IMG/VR virus record: IMGVR_UViG_3300037483_000275
Coordinates: 1-57,372 of that record
Source of the DNA: a virus
Taxonomy: Duplodnaviria; Caudoviricetes
DNA: 57,372 bases
Reading direction: 5' to 3' (one strand)
Positions 47,340-57,372 of this stretch are shown here, one piece after another. The notes beneath the pieces are model-generated. The model saw only the letters and a program-made list of their open reading frames with translations, had not been told where the DNA came from and did no database searches. Each line of letters begins with the position of its first letter. Position 1 is the stretch's first letter. The position numbers were made by a program, and so were the translations under genes.

Positions 47340-48400
47340 GCCCGCGGATTCGGACGATTAAACCCGAGTTTTGGACGGATAGTATCATGGTGCAATTGCC
47401 GCACCAAGCCCGGCTCTTCTTTATAGGGCTCTGGAGTATGGCCGATGACCATGGGTGGCTCCCCGATGAACCTGAGCGGCTACGACTCCAAATCCTGCCG
47501 GCCGAGAAGGCAGACACGTCGTCTCTTGTTGACCTGTTGGTGGCGGCGGGGAGACTTGAACAACACGAGTTCCAGGATGGGGAGCGGTGGTTGTACATCC
47601 CGGCTTGGAAGAAGCACCAGCGGGTTGACCATCCGAGCCCATCCCGGAAACCAACAACTCCCTCGCGAAAGCTCGCGATCCCACAAGAGGTGCGGCGGGC
47701 AGTGGCAACGAAGTACGGCTGTCGTCCAGGGGGCCAGAAGAAGGCAGCATGTTACTACTGTGGTGCCACTGGGCACATCTACTGGATGCGGTTGTCTGAT
47801 GGACGCCCCAGTTCGTGGGTGTATTTCTCGCTTGAGTTGGATCACTGCGAGCCAGAAAGTGCTGCTGGTCAAGCGGTTACGGAGAACATTGTCCTGGCGT
47901 GTCGCACCTGTAACCGTTCCAAAGGCACCCGCTCATTTGCGGATGTTCTGGGAGGTCTCGCGAACTTTCGCGAGCCATCGCGCCTGAATGGAAGGGAAAA
48001 GGAAGAGGAAGAGGAAATACAAACTACTGAGTGGCGGAAAACGTTCGAGTTAGCATGGTCTTCCTACCCGAAGCGTCCTGGGAACCCGAAGGAAAAAGCC
48101 TGGAAGGCATGGCAAGCCCGGCTAAAGGAAGGCGTGACTGCGGAGGCATTGTTCAATGGCGTAACGAAGTACGGGGCCATGTGCCGGCGAGAGAAAACTG
48201 AACCCCGATTCATCAAAATGGCCGCGACTTTCTTTGGACCAGATAAGCATTGGGAAACTGACTACACGCCTGTTGGGTCAGCTAAACCTCCTGAGACGCG
48301 CCACAGCCCGGCCTACCACGAGAAGTACAAACCGCCGGATGTTACGGAGACGGACCCGCGGGTATTGGGTCTAGTGAAGCAAGTGGGGAGGCCCGCATGA
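47336..48400 (+). CDS. Replication initiator with internal HNH-like domain
   Basis: RIRTIKPEFW N-terminus; CYYC...LDHCEP...NIVLACRTCNRSK; C-terminal FELAWSSYPKR...AWKAW domain. Confidence 0.75.
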   Translation: MSPRIRTIKPEFWTDSIMVQLPHQARLFFIGLWSMADDHGWLPDEPERLRLQILPAEKADTSSLVDLLVAAGRLEQHEFQDGERWLYIPAWKKHQRVDHPSPSRKPTTPSRKLAIPQEVRRAVATKYGCRPGGQKKAACYYCGATGHIYWMRLSDGRPSSWVYFSLELDHCEPESAAGQAVTENIVLACRTCNRSKGTRSFADVLGGLANFREPSRLNGREKEEEEEIQTTEWRKTFELAWSSYPKRPGNPKEKAWKAWQARLKEGVTAEALFNGVTKYGAMCRREKTEPRFIKMAATFFGPDKHWETDYTPVGSAKPPETRHSPAYHEKYKPPDVTETDPRVLGLVKQVGRPA

Positions 48401-48617
48401 GAATGCGTCTGCCGGGCTGTGACTACTGCCGCCAGTGCCTTACCGATTTTCGGTGGCGCAAGGTGAGTCCTCAGCACCCCGAACGGCTGTACTGTGACTG
48501 CCAGTGGGCCAAACGGCTCCGGGTCGTGGATTCTGAGCTCCTGGAGGACCTGAGGGCCGAGCAAGACGACATTGCGCGGGCTGAGCTGATGCGGCGGATG
48601 CAGCCGGTGAAGGCCGC

Positions 48618-48902
48618 GTGAAGCGACACAACCGGCGTAACCCAACAGACCAGCGGGTCATTCTGCGAGCCCGTGACTTGGTGGTCGCTGGCCAGAGCTG
48701 TGCCGCGGTGGGCCGCGTTCTGGGGTGCTGCGCCTCCAACGTGGCGTTCTGGAATCGGAAGTATGGCTGGCGCACCGAAGGCCGGGGATACGCCACCCGG
48801 AACCCTACGCCGGAACTGTGGCGCTGCTGTGGCCAAGTCCACCCGGTGGGTCCCTGCCGGGTGTGCGGGACGGTCCCCAACTGGGTGAAAACGGCTGAAT
48901 GA
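48618..48902 (+). CDS. HTH plus Zn-ribbon protein
   Basis: SCAAVGRVLGCCASNV HTH-like; CCG...CRVCG. Confidence 0.45.
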   Translation: MKRHNRRNPTDQRVILRARDLVVAGQSCAAVGRVLGCCASNVAFWNRKYGWRTEGRGYATRNPTPELWRCCGQVHPVGPCRVCGTVPNWVKTAE

Positions 48903-48942
48903 TATTACTCCACTTGCGGTATTACTGCGCTTGCGGTATTAT
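48903..48942 (+). promoter_or_regulatory. Sigma70-type promoter with 17-bp periodic direct repeats
   Basis: TTGCGG(48914)-17-TATTAT(48937); CTTGCGGTATTA twice and TATTA three times at 17-nt spacing. Confidence 0.6.
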
Positions 48943-49232
48943 GGTGGGGTCCTGAACAGCGAGCGTACCGTGGCCCGTCGCCAGATTGCCAACCAGAATG
49001 AATGCCCAGTCTGCCGCTGGCATGGAGAGCACCCCCGCACTGTGCGGTTCACGGTCGGTGATGGTGTCTGGCACACGGCCCCTGGTATTTGGATCGCGGG
49101 GCGTGGATCGCGAATCGAACGGGAAGTGGGATGTGACCCGGTCGAGGCAGGACGTCTGGCGCTCCATTCATGGGTTACGGGTTGCCACCTTCAGCAGCAG
49201 TTCGAGGCAGAGCGGGCCACGGTGGCGGCCTG

Positions 49233-49439
49233 ATGCTGACCGAAGCGCAGGCCGTGGTGCGGCTCCGCAAGGTGTTGGAGGCGGCGACGCAAACTGACGG
49301 CGGGGTGAAGGCGTGGGCCAAGGCAAAGCGGCTGCACTACAGCTACGTGTTAGCCATCCGCGACGGAGAGCGGCCCATGAGCGACAAGGTGGCAGCGACT
49401 ATTGGGTTGAAGCGGGTGCATGGTTGGGAGGACAAGTGA
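49233..49439 (+). CDS. Cro-like HTH protein
   Basis: GVKAWAKAKRLHYSYVLAIRDGERP...IAGL-type pattern (VAATIGL). Confidence 0.6.
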   Translation: MLTEAQAVVRLRKVLEAATQTDGGVKAWAKAKRLHYSYVLAIRDGERPMSDKVAATIGLKRVHGWEDK

Positions 49440-52400
49440 TTCACAAGTACAGGGGCGAGAAGCACGGGTTTCGTTTAGGGGATGTGGTTGAACTAAATAG
49501 CGAGTATCCGTACAAGCGCCAGCAGGGCCGACGCGGTTACGTCATTGGCTTCGGGCGGGTTGGTCCCCATGTGTATGTGCGACTCGATGGAAACAACCTG
49601 GGATACGGAGTCGGCGTACGGTTTTTGACTCTGGTGGCTCGTAATGGCGCCTAACACTGTGCGGGTGATCCGCTTCGAGCGGGAGGAGAAGTGAGCGAGA
49701 CAACGCTGATGGTTGGCTACGTCGTGATCGGCTTGGGGGTGATGTTCGCAGCAGCATGGTTTGGTGCTGAAGTGGCTGAGGCCATCGGAGCTGGCGCGGC
49801 ATGGCCGATTTTCCTGATCATGTCGCCGCTCCTCATTCTCATCGGGCTGGTGCACGTGGTGCGTGAACTCGGCCAGAAGCACGAGGCGCGGGTCCGCACC
49901 CGGCAGCGAGAAGCGCAACAAATTGAGTCCGAAGTTGATTTGTGGTTAGAATTGGGGCTTCCCCCGGGAGAACCGAAGGCATGAGCGACGCTGAGTGGAG
50001 ACGCGCAGTTGTGGCCTATAAAGCAGCGGATCGGCTGGTCTGCTCGGCAGCGAGAAAAGCTCTCCCGGTTGGGCGTCTCGTGACCTGGATGCATGGCGTA
50101 CACCGACGGCAGGCCGAGGTCGTATGGGCGGATCTGCTTTGGGGGTATCACACGTCCCGCGTCAGAGTCCGATCTTTCATAACCGGGAAGCAGTATTGGG
50201 TGCCAGTATCTACGCTTCTGCGGGGGCTCGATGCCTAGCCCCGTCGTGGACCCGGCCCTGCTGGAACTGCTGCGGGCAACGCCGGGATGTGGGAAAGCGA
50301 CTCCTGGTTTCGAGGCGCAATGGCCTAACGGGCACTCTGTCGCTGAGCACTGGATTGGGTGTGACGCCTGCCTAACGCTACTGGCCGCCGCCGTGGAGGA
50401 GCAGACCATTGCCCGGTGTCGGAAGGCCCAGGAGGAGGCACGCAAGAAAACCGGATGGAACCAAACCGATGCTGTCTCGGTCTGTGATGCCCTGCCCCGT
50501 CAGTGGGGGCCGGGATGAGTGGCCACCCAGAGTGGCCTGCTGGAATCTCTGATGGCCTAACGTTACCCTGCTCCCGTTGTGGGATAGTGCCTCACTTCGA
50601 CTATGCGGTGGATGGCCAATTCTGGAGAGACGTCGTGCCGAACGAATGGCATGTGGCGGTGCTGTGCCTGCCCTGCCTTGATGTGGTCGCAACTGAGCAT
50701 GGCCGGGATGTCGCTGCGGCACTCCGCTTCGTGCAATTCACTGGCATCGGTAAGACGGTTCTCCTCGGGCCAGCCTATACACATTACTATGAACCGCCTA
50801 ACGTTCAGGGGAGCGCCTGATGCCTGCGGCCCGCCCCCCGGAGTGGGGAGAACCCAGGTTGACGGATACCAACAACTGGGTGACGACCGCATCCTGCCGA
50901 TGCGAGGTATTCCTGTCATACGATAATCGGAAACTCGGGTGGTGCTGCGACTCCCACACCTTCGCGGACCTCGTCTCCGGGGAAGTCAAGTTGAGGGAAG
51001 CGATAAAAGGGGAAAGCCGGTGAGCGACGAACTATCCCGGTGTCAGCACGGGAGCGCGCTACGGGACGGGGCTGGCGAAAGGCTCGAACCGCCGTGCGGC
51101 TGCCGGGCTGAATCCGAGTACGACCGTCTCCGCGCGGTGAGCCCGGAGGATGCGCTCTATTTCAGCGCGATCAACGAGGAAATTGAGCGACTTGACCTAG
51201 CCATTGAGGTCGCGAGCCTTGCGAACTACAGCGAGATCAATCGTGTCACGTTGGAATGCCGTCGCAAAAACCTGATGGATGATCGTGAGGCCCTGTCGCG
51301 TCGTCTCCGGGAGCTGGTGGAGGACCGGGACCGGCTTGAGTGGCTGATGCCAGGATTGAGGCTTTCCCGCGAACTGATTGATGATGCGCGAAGCGTGACC
51401 CGGTCGGGGGCCATCCCATGAGCGAGCGAGAGCGCGAGGCGCTGGAGGCGGCGGAGCGCGCCGCGATAGCAGCTCTGCCCTGGTACACCCAGCGGCGCAA
51501 CGGACTATGGAAAATAGACGCTGAGGACTTGGACGCCGCCTGCCGGGCCTACGCTGCTGTCCTGGTGGGGACGACCCGAGAACCTAGCGAGGAGCGTGAC
51601 ATGCTTGAAGCGGCGTGGGGCATCATCGCAAACGCGGGCGGTGGTAACTGGGATCTCGAAACTCCAGAGTGGCGTGAAGCAGCGGTGAAGTGGCGAGAAC
51701 AGTATCACGCGGCTCTGTCCGGGGTGCCCGCCGTGGGGGAGAGCCCGCTGGCGAACCTAGGTGTTCCTGACCATCTCCTGCGGTCAGACATGTCCGCGAC
51801 AGAGTACGAGGTTAGGCGTCGGGCGCAGGCTCTGGGGGAGAGCCCGCCACCGCGCGAGCCCGACGATGAACGCAGAAACTCCCCATACGGGCCAACATGG
51901 GGCGCCAGCAGGCAAGCGGCAAAGTACTACGAGGACATGCGGCAAGGCGATCCGGTGCGCCCGCCACACAACATCATGTATCACGCGCTGGAAATGGCGT
52001 ATCGAATTGATAGCGTGTCGGGTTCGGCGCTGTCCCCCGAGGCGGTGGATCTCATTCGCCGGGAAGTGCTCGCGCTCCGCCCCTTCGTGGACACCTTCAC
52101 CTGCCGGGAGGAGTACGACGACACCGTGCAGATGATTCTCCAGCGCCTGGACGCACTGGCCGACGTGTCCCTCGAGACGGTGGAACGGGTAGCATGGGAA
52201 ACGCTGAAGATTCGCCGCGAGATGGCCGGGAAGGTCCCGAAAAATGATGACGCCGATGTTGTGGATTGCGTACTATCGGTCTTCCGCCGTCTCTCTGGGA
52301 GCGAGCCGTGACCGAGCTAAACCAGCGAGCGAACGAGATCGCCTTTAACTGCGAGGCGTGTGCGGTCCTCGTGGAAGGCGCACCGCTAATCCAGTATGGG

Positions 52401-54889
52401 CAGCAGGAGATCGCGAAGGTCCTGCGGGATGCGGTGGATATGATCCGCGAGTTACAGCAGCGTGTCTCTGGGAGGGAGCCCGCGTGACCGATGAACAACA
52501 TGTTTCTGAGAATGAGCGTCAACCGACGATCGTGGCGCTCATCCAAGTTGACGGTGAGGGCATAGAGCCGTGGTCGCAATGGTCGCTCAAGGGCCCGGGC
52601 TACGACTTCGTTCTGCCGCCTAGTTGGCCCCCGGCCAAGCTCAGCATCAATGGCAAGCCTCAATTCGAAATAGGTGTTGTATGGCCGTGACTCCTGAACA
52701 GCTGGCCCAGTGGAAGGCGCTGGCCGAACGGTTTGGCCAGGCGGCGGAAATAGCGCGCTCCAACATCTCAGCCAGTGTCACACTTCCATCCCGGAGCCGT
52801 GATTTTCGAGAAGTGTCGATTGCGGTCCCTGCCCTGATCGAGGCCCTGGAACAGGCCCAACGGGACACCGAACGGCTCGACTGGCTCGGCAACCAAGGGA
52901 ACGATATTGAGGTCGGTGCGGCATTCCTCTGGGGTGCTGGATACGACGACGAATCGTTTCGTGAGGCAATCGACGCAGCGATGGCGCGGGTATCTCCCCC
53001 CTCAGAGGAGCGCTGGTGATACAGCCAGCCTTGACCCCGGAAGAATGGGCCAGTTACCCGAAGGTGTATTTCCGCCGGCCCAGACGCCAAGATGGCCACG
53101 TCTATAATGAAGGCTATGGGGTAGAAATCGCTCCATCGGAAGATGGGGACGTGTTATGGGTCTGGGATGATTCATGGGCTGTGACGATCCAGCATGCCGA
53201 CCGGCACAAGCTGGCATCTGTTGCCTTAGCCCGACAACCCTACGGGTTTACCTGGGGTGACGTGGCGGCGCTCAAGGGCGTGGGAATGACCGACCTAGCC
53301 GACCGGGTGGCGGCACTTCTGCCCCCCTTAGAGGAGCGGACGGACCCATGACCAATTTCCCATTCGCGGCTTCCTGCCGTGTACTGGACGATGGGGCCGT
53401 CGAAGTCTCCGTCTCTGGGAAGATGCCCTTAGAACACGATGCACTGGCCGGTGCGATGATAGAAGTCAAGAGCGAGTTTGTCTTGCAGGGTCCGGAATGG
53501 GATGGCCTGATCCGGCGAGCGGAGGCCCAGCGCAACACAGCCTTCCGTCGGGATGCGGTTATCCAGGCAGTGCGACCCAATACGTTGCTGAGGGTACGCG
53601 AGGACGGGTCGGTCGAACTGTCGGTGCGGGTGGAAGCCGCAGATGATGTGCATCTTTATCGTGGGGAACGGTTCACGGCAACGGATGTCCTCACAGCAGA
53701 ACAGTGGGACCAACTCGTGGCGATTGTGGCAGAGGAGCGGACGGATGGCTGACCCAGTGATGTACGCTTGTCCGATCTGCTACGATACGGGAAAGCGGCG
53801 TCGCTATGAGGAAATCAAGCGGCACCTGAAGACCGTTCATGGGTGGAATGTCGCCACGTTTCTAGAATGGCTCGAATCTCTTTCGGGGGACCCCCGATGA
53901 ACGCCACCCAGCTACTGGCCCAACTGGGGCAAATCGCCCGCTGGCATGAAGAGCAGGCTCTTGATGCGGATCGTATGTCGGGAATACTCTATGGTGCGGA
54001 AAAGCCATGGCCGGATTGGCTGAGGAAAGGGGCGATGCACCGTGAATATGCGGCCTCGATTCGCGATGCCTTAGTGGTTCTCCGAGAACGGGTAGACACC
54101 CTGCCCAGTGGAGCGGATCGTGGCTGACACCCTGACCCCGCTGGAAGCTGCGGCGAAAGCCTTGTGGGACGCCCCTGGCAACATGTTCGCCACCTATGAG
54201 TTCGGGGAGGCCGACAACGCCACGAGGGTTCTGTATCTCATGCAGGCTCGGGCTGCGCTTACCGCAGCGATCGGAGCACTACCCGAACGGTTACAACTGG
54301 AGTTCGATGCGTTGCAGGGATTTAGTGCCGCTGAAATGATCAGTGGCATTCCATACATTGATCCTACCGTATTCGCTGTTGTGCCACGATCTAACTTGAT
54401 GCGTGCGTTTGGCTTGGAGGGAGACTGGCCATGGGAAGATCCCGCCAAATCGTGCTCAGATTGCCACGATGGTTACGGCACCACCGGTATTATGAGCCCC
54501 GACGGGTCTAACCGGCTCGTGTGCTGGAAGTGTCGCGAGAAGTACGCTTCTGGTGGCTTGGAGGGAGACCCGAGATGAGCGGCAAATACCGTGTTCCCGA
54601 TTCTGACGATGAACATCAGGTGCGCCACGTTCAGTTCCGCGGGGAGCCTGAACCTGGATCAGCGGAGAAGGGACACTGCTGGCACGTTGTAGGTGCCGAT
54701 GGTCCGTCTGAACGGGACATCCAAATGTATCGCTGTTGTTTCTGCGGCAAAGAGGAATGGTCTGAAGGGATCCAGATTCCTCCGTCTGGTCATGGCCGGT
54801 TCGGGCCTTGGTCTCAATGGATGGGTCACGGAGCCCACTGGCCGGGAACCTATCCCGTCCCTCCAGCCGGGGAGTGTCCTGAACGGTGA
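49436..54889 (+). other. Cluster of ~18 short, tightly coupled hypothetical ORFs (accessory region)
   Basis: Successive + strand ORFs with ATGA/GTGA overlaps (e.g. 49691, 49981, 50231, 51418, 53016, 53348, 54108); several Zn-finger motifs. Confidence 0.55.
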
Positions 54890-55167
54890 TTCCCTTTCCT
54901 GCGGCCCTGGACGCCTACGATGATCCCCGGATCCACCGGACGGAACGCCGGCTCTACCGGGTTGCCCTCACCTCCCTCGACTTCCAATCCTACCGCCCGC
55001 TGAAGCTCACCTACTTGAAGCGCAAAACCCACATCGCCATCCCCAACCTCTGCACCGCCCGCAAGACTCTAGTCAACCTCGGCTACCTCGAACGCCAGGG
55101 GAACAATTACCGTCTGTCTCTCAGCCTTCCCCAGTCGGAAACCGACCCATCTTATAGAGTGGCATAA
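54886..55167 (+). CDS. Winged-HTH-like protein
   Basis: ERRLY...KTLVNLGYLERQG..YRL. Confidence 0.5.
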   Translation: MIPFPAALDAYDDPRIHRTERRLYRVALTSLDFQSYRPLKLTYLKRKTHIAIPNLCTARKTLVNLGYLERQGNNYRLSLSLPQSETDPSYRVA

Positions 55168-55188
55168 CTACCAGTCTCATTCTTCGCG

Positions 55189-55626
55189 TTGAACTGTCTT
55201 AGCGTGTATTCGGACACCCACGCTAAGGCGGGCCAGTTGGACGCAGACGGGAACGGTAACGGGTTAGGCGGGGAATCTTCGCCTCAAACACCGACGAGGG
55301 CTGGCCCAAAGGGCGGGCAGCTCCGGGTGGGCAACCCCGGGAATAAGGGCGGTGGCCGGCCGCCCGATGTCTTCAAGCTCCGGATGCAGGCGCTGTCCAA
55401 CCGCGGGCTCCAGGCCCTTGAAGTCGCCAAGATCCTGGAAGACATCAACCATCCCCTCTACAAATGGGCGCTGGAATGGGCTACCGACCACGGGTATGGC
55501 AAGCCGATCCAGCGGATTGAGTCCACGGGTGCCGAAGGCGGCCCGATCCAGATTGAGGATGTCGCGGAAGCGCGGGAACGGATCCGGCACCGGCTCGCCC
55601 ATTTGATGCCGATGGAAACCAAGTGA
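55189..55626 (+). CDS. Terminase small subunit (putative)
   Basis: GNPGNKGGGRP, DHGYGKP, GAEGGPIQ; overlaps the terL start; start uncertain. Confidence 0.7.
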   Translation: MNCLSVYSDTHAKAGQLDADGNGNGLGGESSPQTPTRAGPKGGQLRVGNPGNKGGGRPPDVFKLRMQALSNRGLQALEVAKILEDINHPLYKWALEWATDHGYGKPIQRIESTGAEGGPIQIEDVAEARERIRHRLAHLMPMETK

Positions 55627-56927
55627 TGGCGCTGGCGATTGCCGCCCAGCTCGCCGCGATCGCCCCGGACCAACGCGACCCCTTTCTCGCCTCCCTTACC
55701 CCCCTCGAAGTCGTTGCACTCGAACACGACTGGCGACTCTGGGCTCGGTCCAATCAACTCCCGCCGACAGGGGACTGGACTGTCTGGTTGAACTTGGGAG
55801 GCCGGGGATCCGGCAAGACGTGGGTGGGCGCCAATTGGTCCATTGAGCAGGCCGAAACCCTGCCGGGGAGCATCGGGCATCTGATCGCCCCGACCGCCTC
55901 AGACATTCGGGACGTGATGGTCGAAGGGCCCAGCGGGGTGCTGGCCCTATCCCCACCCTGGTTCCGCCCGCTGTACGAGCCGTCCAAACGGCGCCTGACG
56001 TGGCCTAACGGGAGTATCGCCCGCCTGTTCTCGGCTGAGGAGCCGGAACGGTTACGGGGCCCGCAATGCCATTGGGGATGGTGCGACGAACCAGCGGCAT
56101 GGAAGTACGCCGAGGCGTGGGACCAGTTCCTCTTCGGTCTGAGACTCGGCCAGCGCCCCCGGGCCGTCGCCACCACGACCCCGAAACCCATTCATATCAT
56201 CCGGGAACTTCTGGCTCGGCCTGATACGGTCGTCACCCGTTCCCGTACTGCGGACAACATTGCCAACCTGGCGCCCGTCTTCCTGACCACGGTGGTCAGC
56301 CGGTACGAGGGCACGAGGCTGGGCCGACAGGAGCTTGAGGGCGAGCTACTGGAGGACGTCCCCGGCGCGTTGTGGACCCGGAAGCTCATTGACGACAACC
56401 GCAAGCCCGCTCACCCGACGCTCAACCGCATCATCATCGGCATAGACCCGGCGGCAACCTCCACCGAGGGGGCAGATGAAACCGGGATCGTGGTCGCGGG
56501 AACCTCGGGCGAAGGCCAGAACCGGCATGGCTGGGTACTGGCGGATGTGTCGGCTAGGATGGCCCCTATCGCGTGGGCTCGTGCCGCGATCAAAGAGTAC
56601 CGGGACCGCAAGGCTGACCGAATCGTGGCGGAAGTGAATAACGGCGGCGAGATGGTGGAATTGACCCTTCGCACCGTTGATCCCTCAGTGGCCTATACCG
56701 CGGTACATGCCTCCCGCGGGAAAGCCAAGCGCGCGGAACCCGTCTCGGCGCTCTACGAGCAGGGGAAAGTCCATCACGTCGGGTCATTCATCCCGTTAGA
56801 AGACCAGATGTGTAACTGGGTGCCGGATCTGGCCGACCAACAGAACAGCCCTGACCGGATGGACGCCCTGGTGTGGGCACTGACCGAGCTGATGGTCGAT
56901 AGCGGGCCGGAGGTCCGCATCCGGTGA
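55623..56927 (+). CDS. terL: Terminase large subunit
   Basis: GGRGSGKT Walker A, WCDE Walker B, TTTP, IGIDPA, DETGI, PDRMDALVW. Confidence 0.95.
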   Translation: MMALAIAAQLAAIAPDQRDPFLASLTPLEVVALEHDWRLWARSNQLPPTGDWTVWLNLGGRGSGKTWVGANWSIEQAETLPGSIGHLIAPTASDIRDVMVEGPSGVLALSPPWFRPLYEPSKRRLTWPNGSIARLFSAEEPERLRGPQCHWGWCDEPAAWKYAEAWDQFLFGLRLGQRPRAVATTTPKPIHIIRELLARPDTVVTRSRTADNIANLAPVFLTTVVSRYEGTRLGRQELEGELLEDVPGALWTRKLIDDNRKPAHPTLNRIIIGIDPAATSTEGADETGIVVAGTSGEGQNRHGWVLADVSARMAPIAWARAAIKEYRDRKADRIVAEVNNGGEMVELTLRTVDPSVAYTAVHASRGKAKRAEPVSALYEQGKVHHVGSFIPLEDQMCNWVPDLADQQNSPDRMDALVWALTELMVDSGPEVRIR

Positions 56928-57033
56928 TACACCTCCCGATTCCCCCGCAAGTATGGGACGGTGCGTGGCACTGTCTAGTGTATCATGTCGTCGCTGACGG
57001 ATTGGTCGCGTGTTGGTGTGACGGGGAGCTAAT

Positions 57034-57254
57034 ATGATCGGTACCTTCCCTCTCACCAAGCCCGGCCGGTTCACTAAAAACGGCCACCTGCCAAGTATTA
57101 AGGGCGGGATCACCGCATTTCCACCCGAGTTGTTCTTTGACTTCCCCGGTAACCCGTTTGACCTCCAAACTGCACGTGACCGGCTCATCATCGGCTACAA
57201 AGCCTATGCCTCGGTCCCGTTGGTCTATCGCTGCATGCGGATCCGGGCTGACAA
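57034..57254 (+). CDS. Portal protein, N-terminal part (joins 1..1891 across the circular junction)
   Basis: ATG at 57034 preceded by GGGGAG; AYASVPLVYRCMRIRADKLS is a typical HK97-portal N-terminal motif; in frame with 17..1891 (joined product 703 aa). Confidence 0.9.
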
Positions 57255-57364
57255 GCTCAGTGAACCACCGATGCGGCTCCAGAAAGAGACGAAGGACGGG
57301 TTGGAGTGGGTGGAGAACAACCCGCTGGAGGATCTGTTCGACCAGCCCAACCCGGACATGAGCT
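57255..57364. repeat. Terminal direct repeat copy 2, followed by adapter remnant AGATCGGA (57365-57372)
   Basis: Exact match to 1-110; AGATCGGA is the start of the Illumina adapter and creates an artefactual stop codon. Confidence 0.95.
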
Positions 57365-57372
57365 AGATCGGA

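Noticed and set aside
57034-57366. Separate truncated portal pseudogene
   Set aside because: The stop is created by adapter sequence; the frame continues at the window start

Overview
The window is a complete, circularly permuted temperate long-tailed (siphovirus-like) phage genome of about 57,254 bp. Bases 1-110 recur at 57255-57364 and are followed by 8 nt of Illumina adapter. Gene order on +: portal fused to a MuF-like domain, HK97 protease, major capsid, a glycosyltransferase/methyltransferase cassette, head-tail and tail genes with a -1 frameshift chaperone, lysis cassette, and virion accessory or moron genes (HNH, S8 protease lipoprotein). A short leftward block (Aur1/PAP2-like protein, small lipoprotein, CI-like repressor) precedes a long rightward early region (SSB-like, exonuclease, xis/int, attP matching the 3' part of tRNA-Lys(CTT), RuvC-like, C5 methyltransferase, DUF5131, replication initiator), then terS/terL. 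The standout element lies at 33857-35700. It comprises a solo RAMP/Cas7-like protein, a partner protein, a structured RNA leader, and a ~435-nt non-coding array of strictly phased GG-H-NN pentamers cut into ~55-75 nt units by a 9-nt GGYYGAWGH delimiter. This is a candidate phage-encoded, non-CRISPR RNA-guided system. Two D-arm-less tRNA-like elements share one architecture (3924-3982 and 39606-39669). All protein calls come from motif recognition by eye; no database searches were run.
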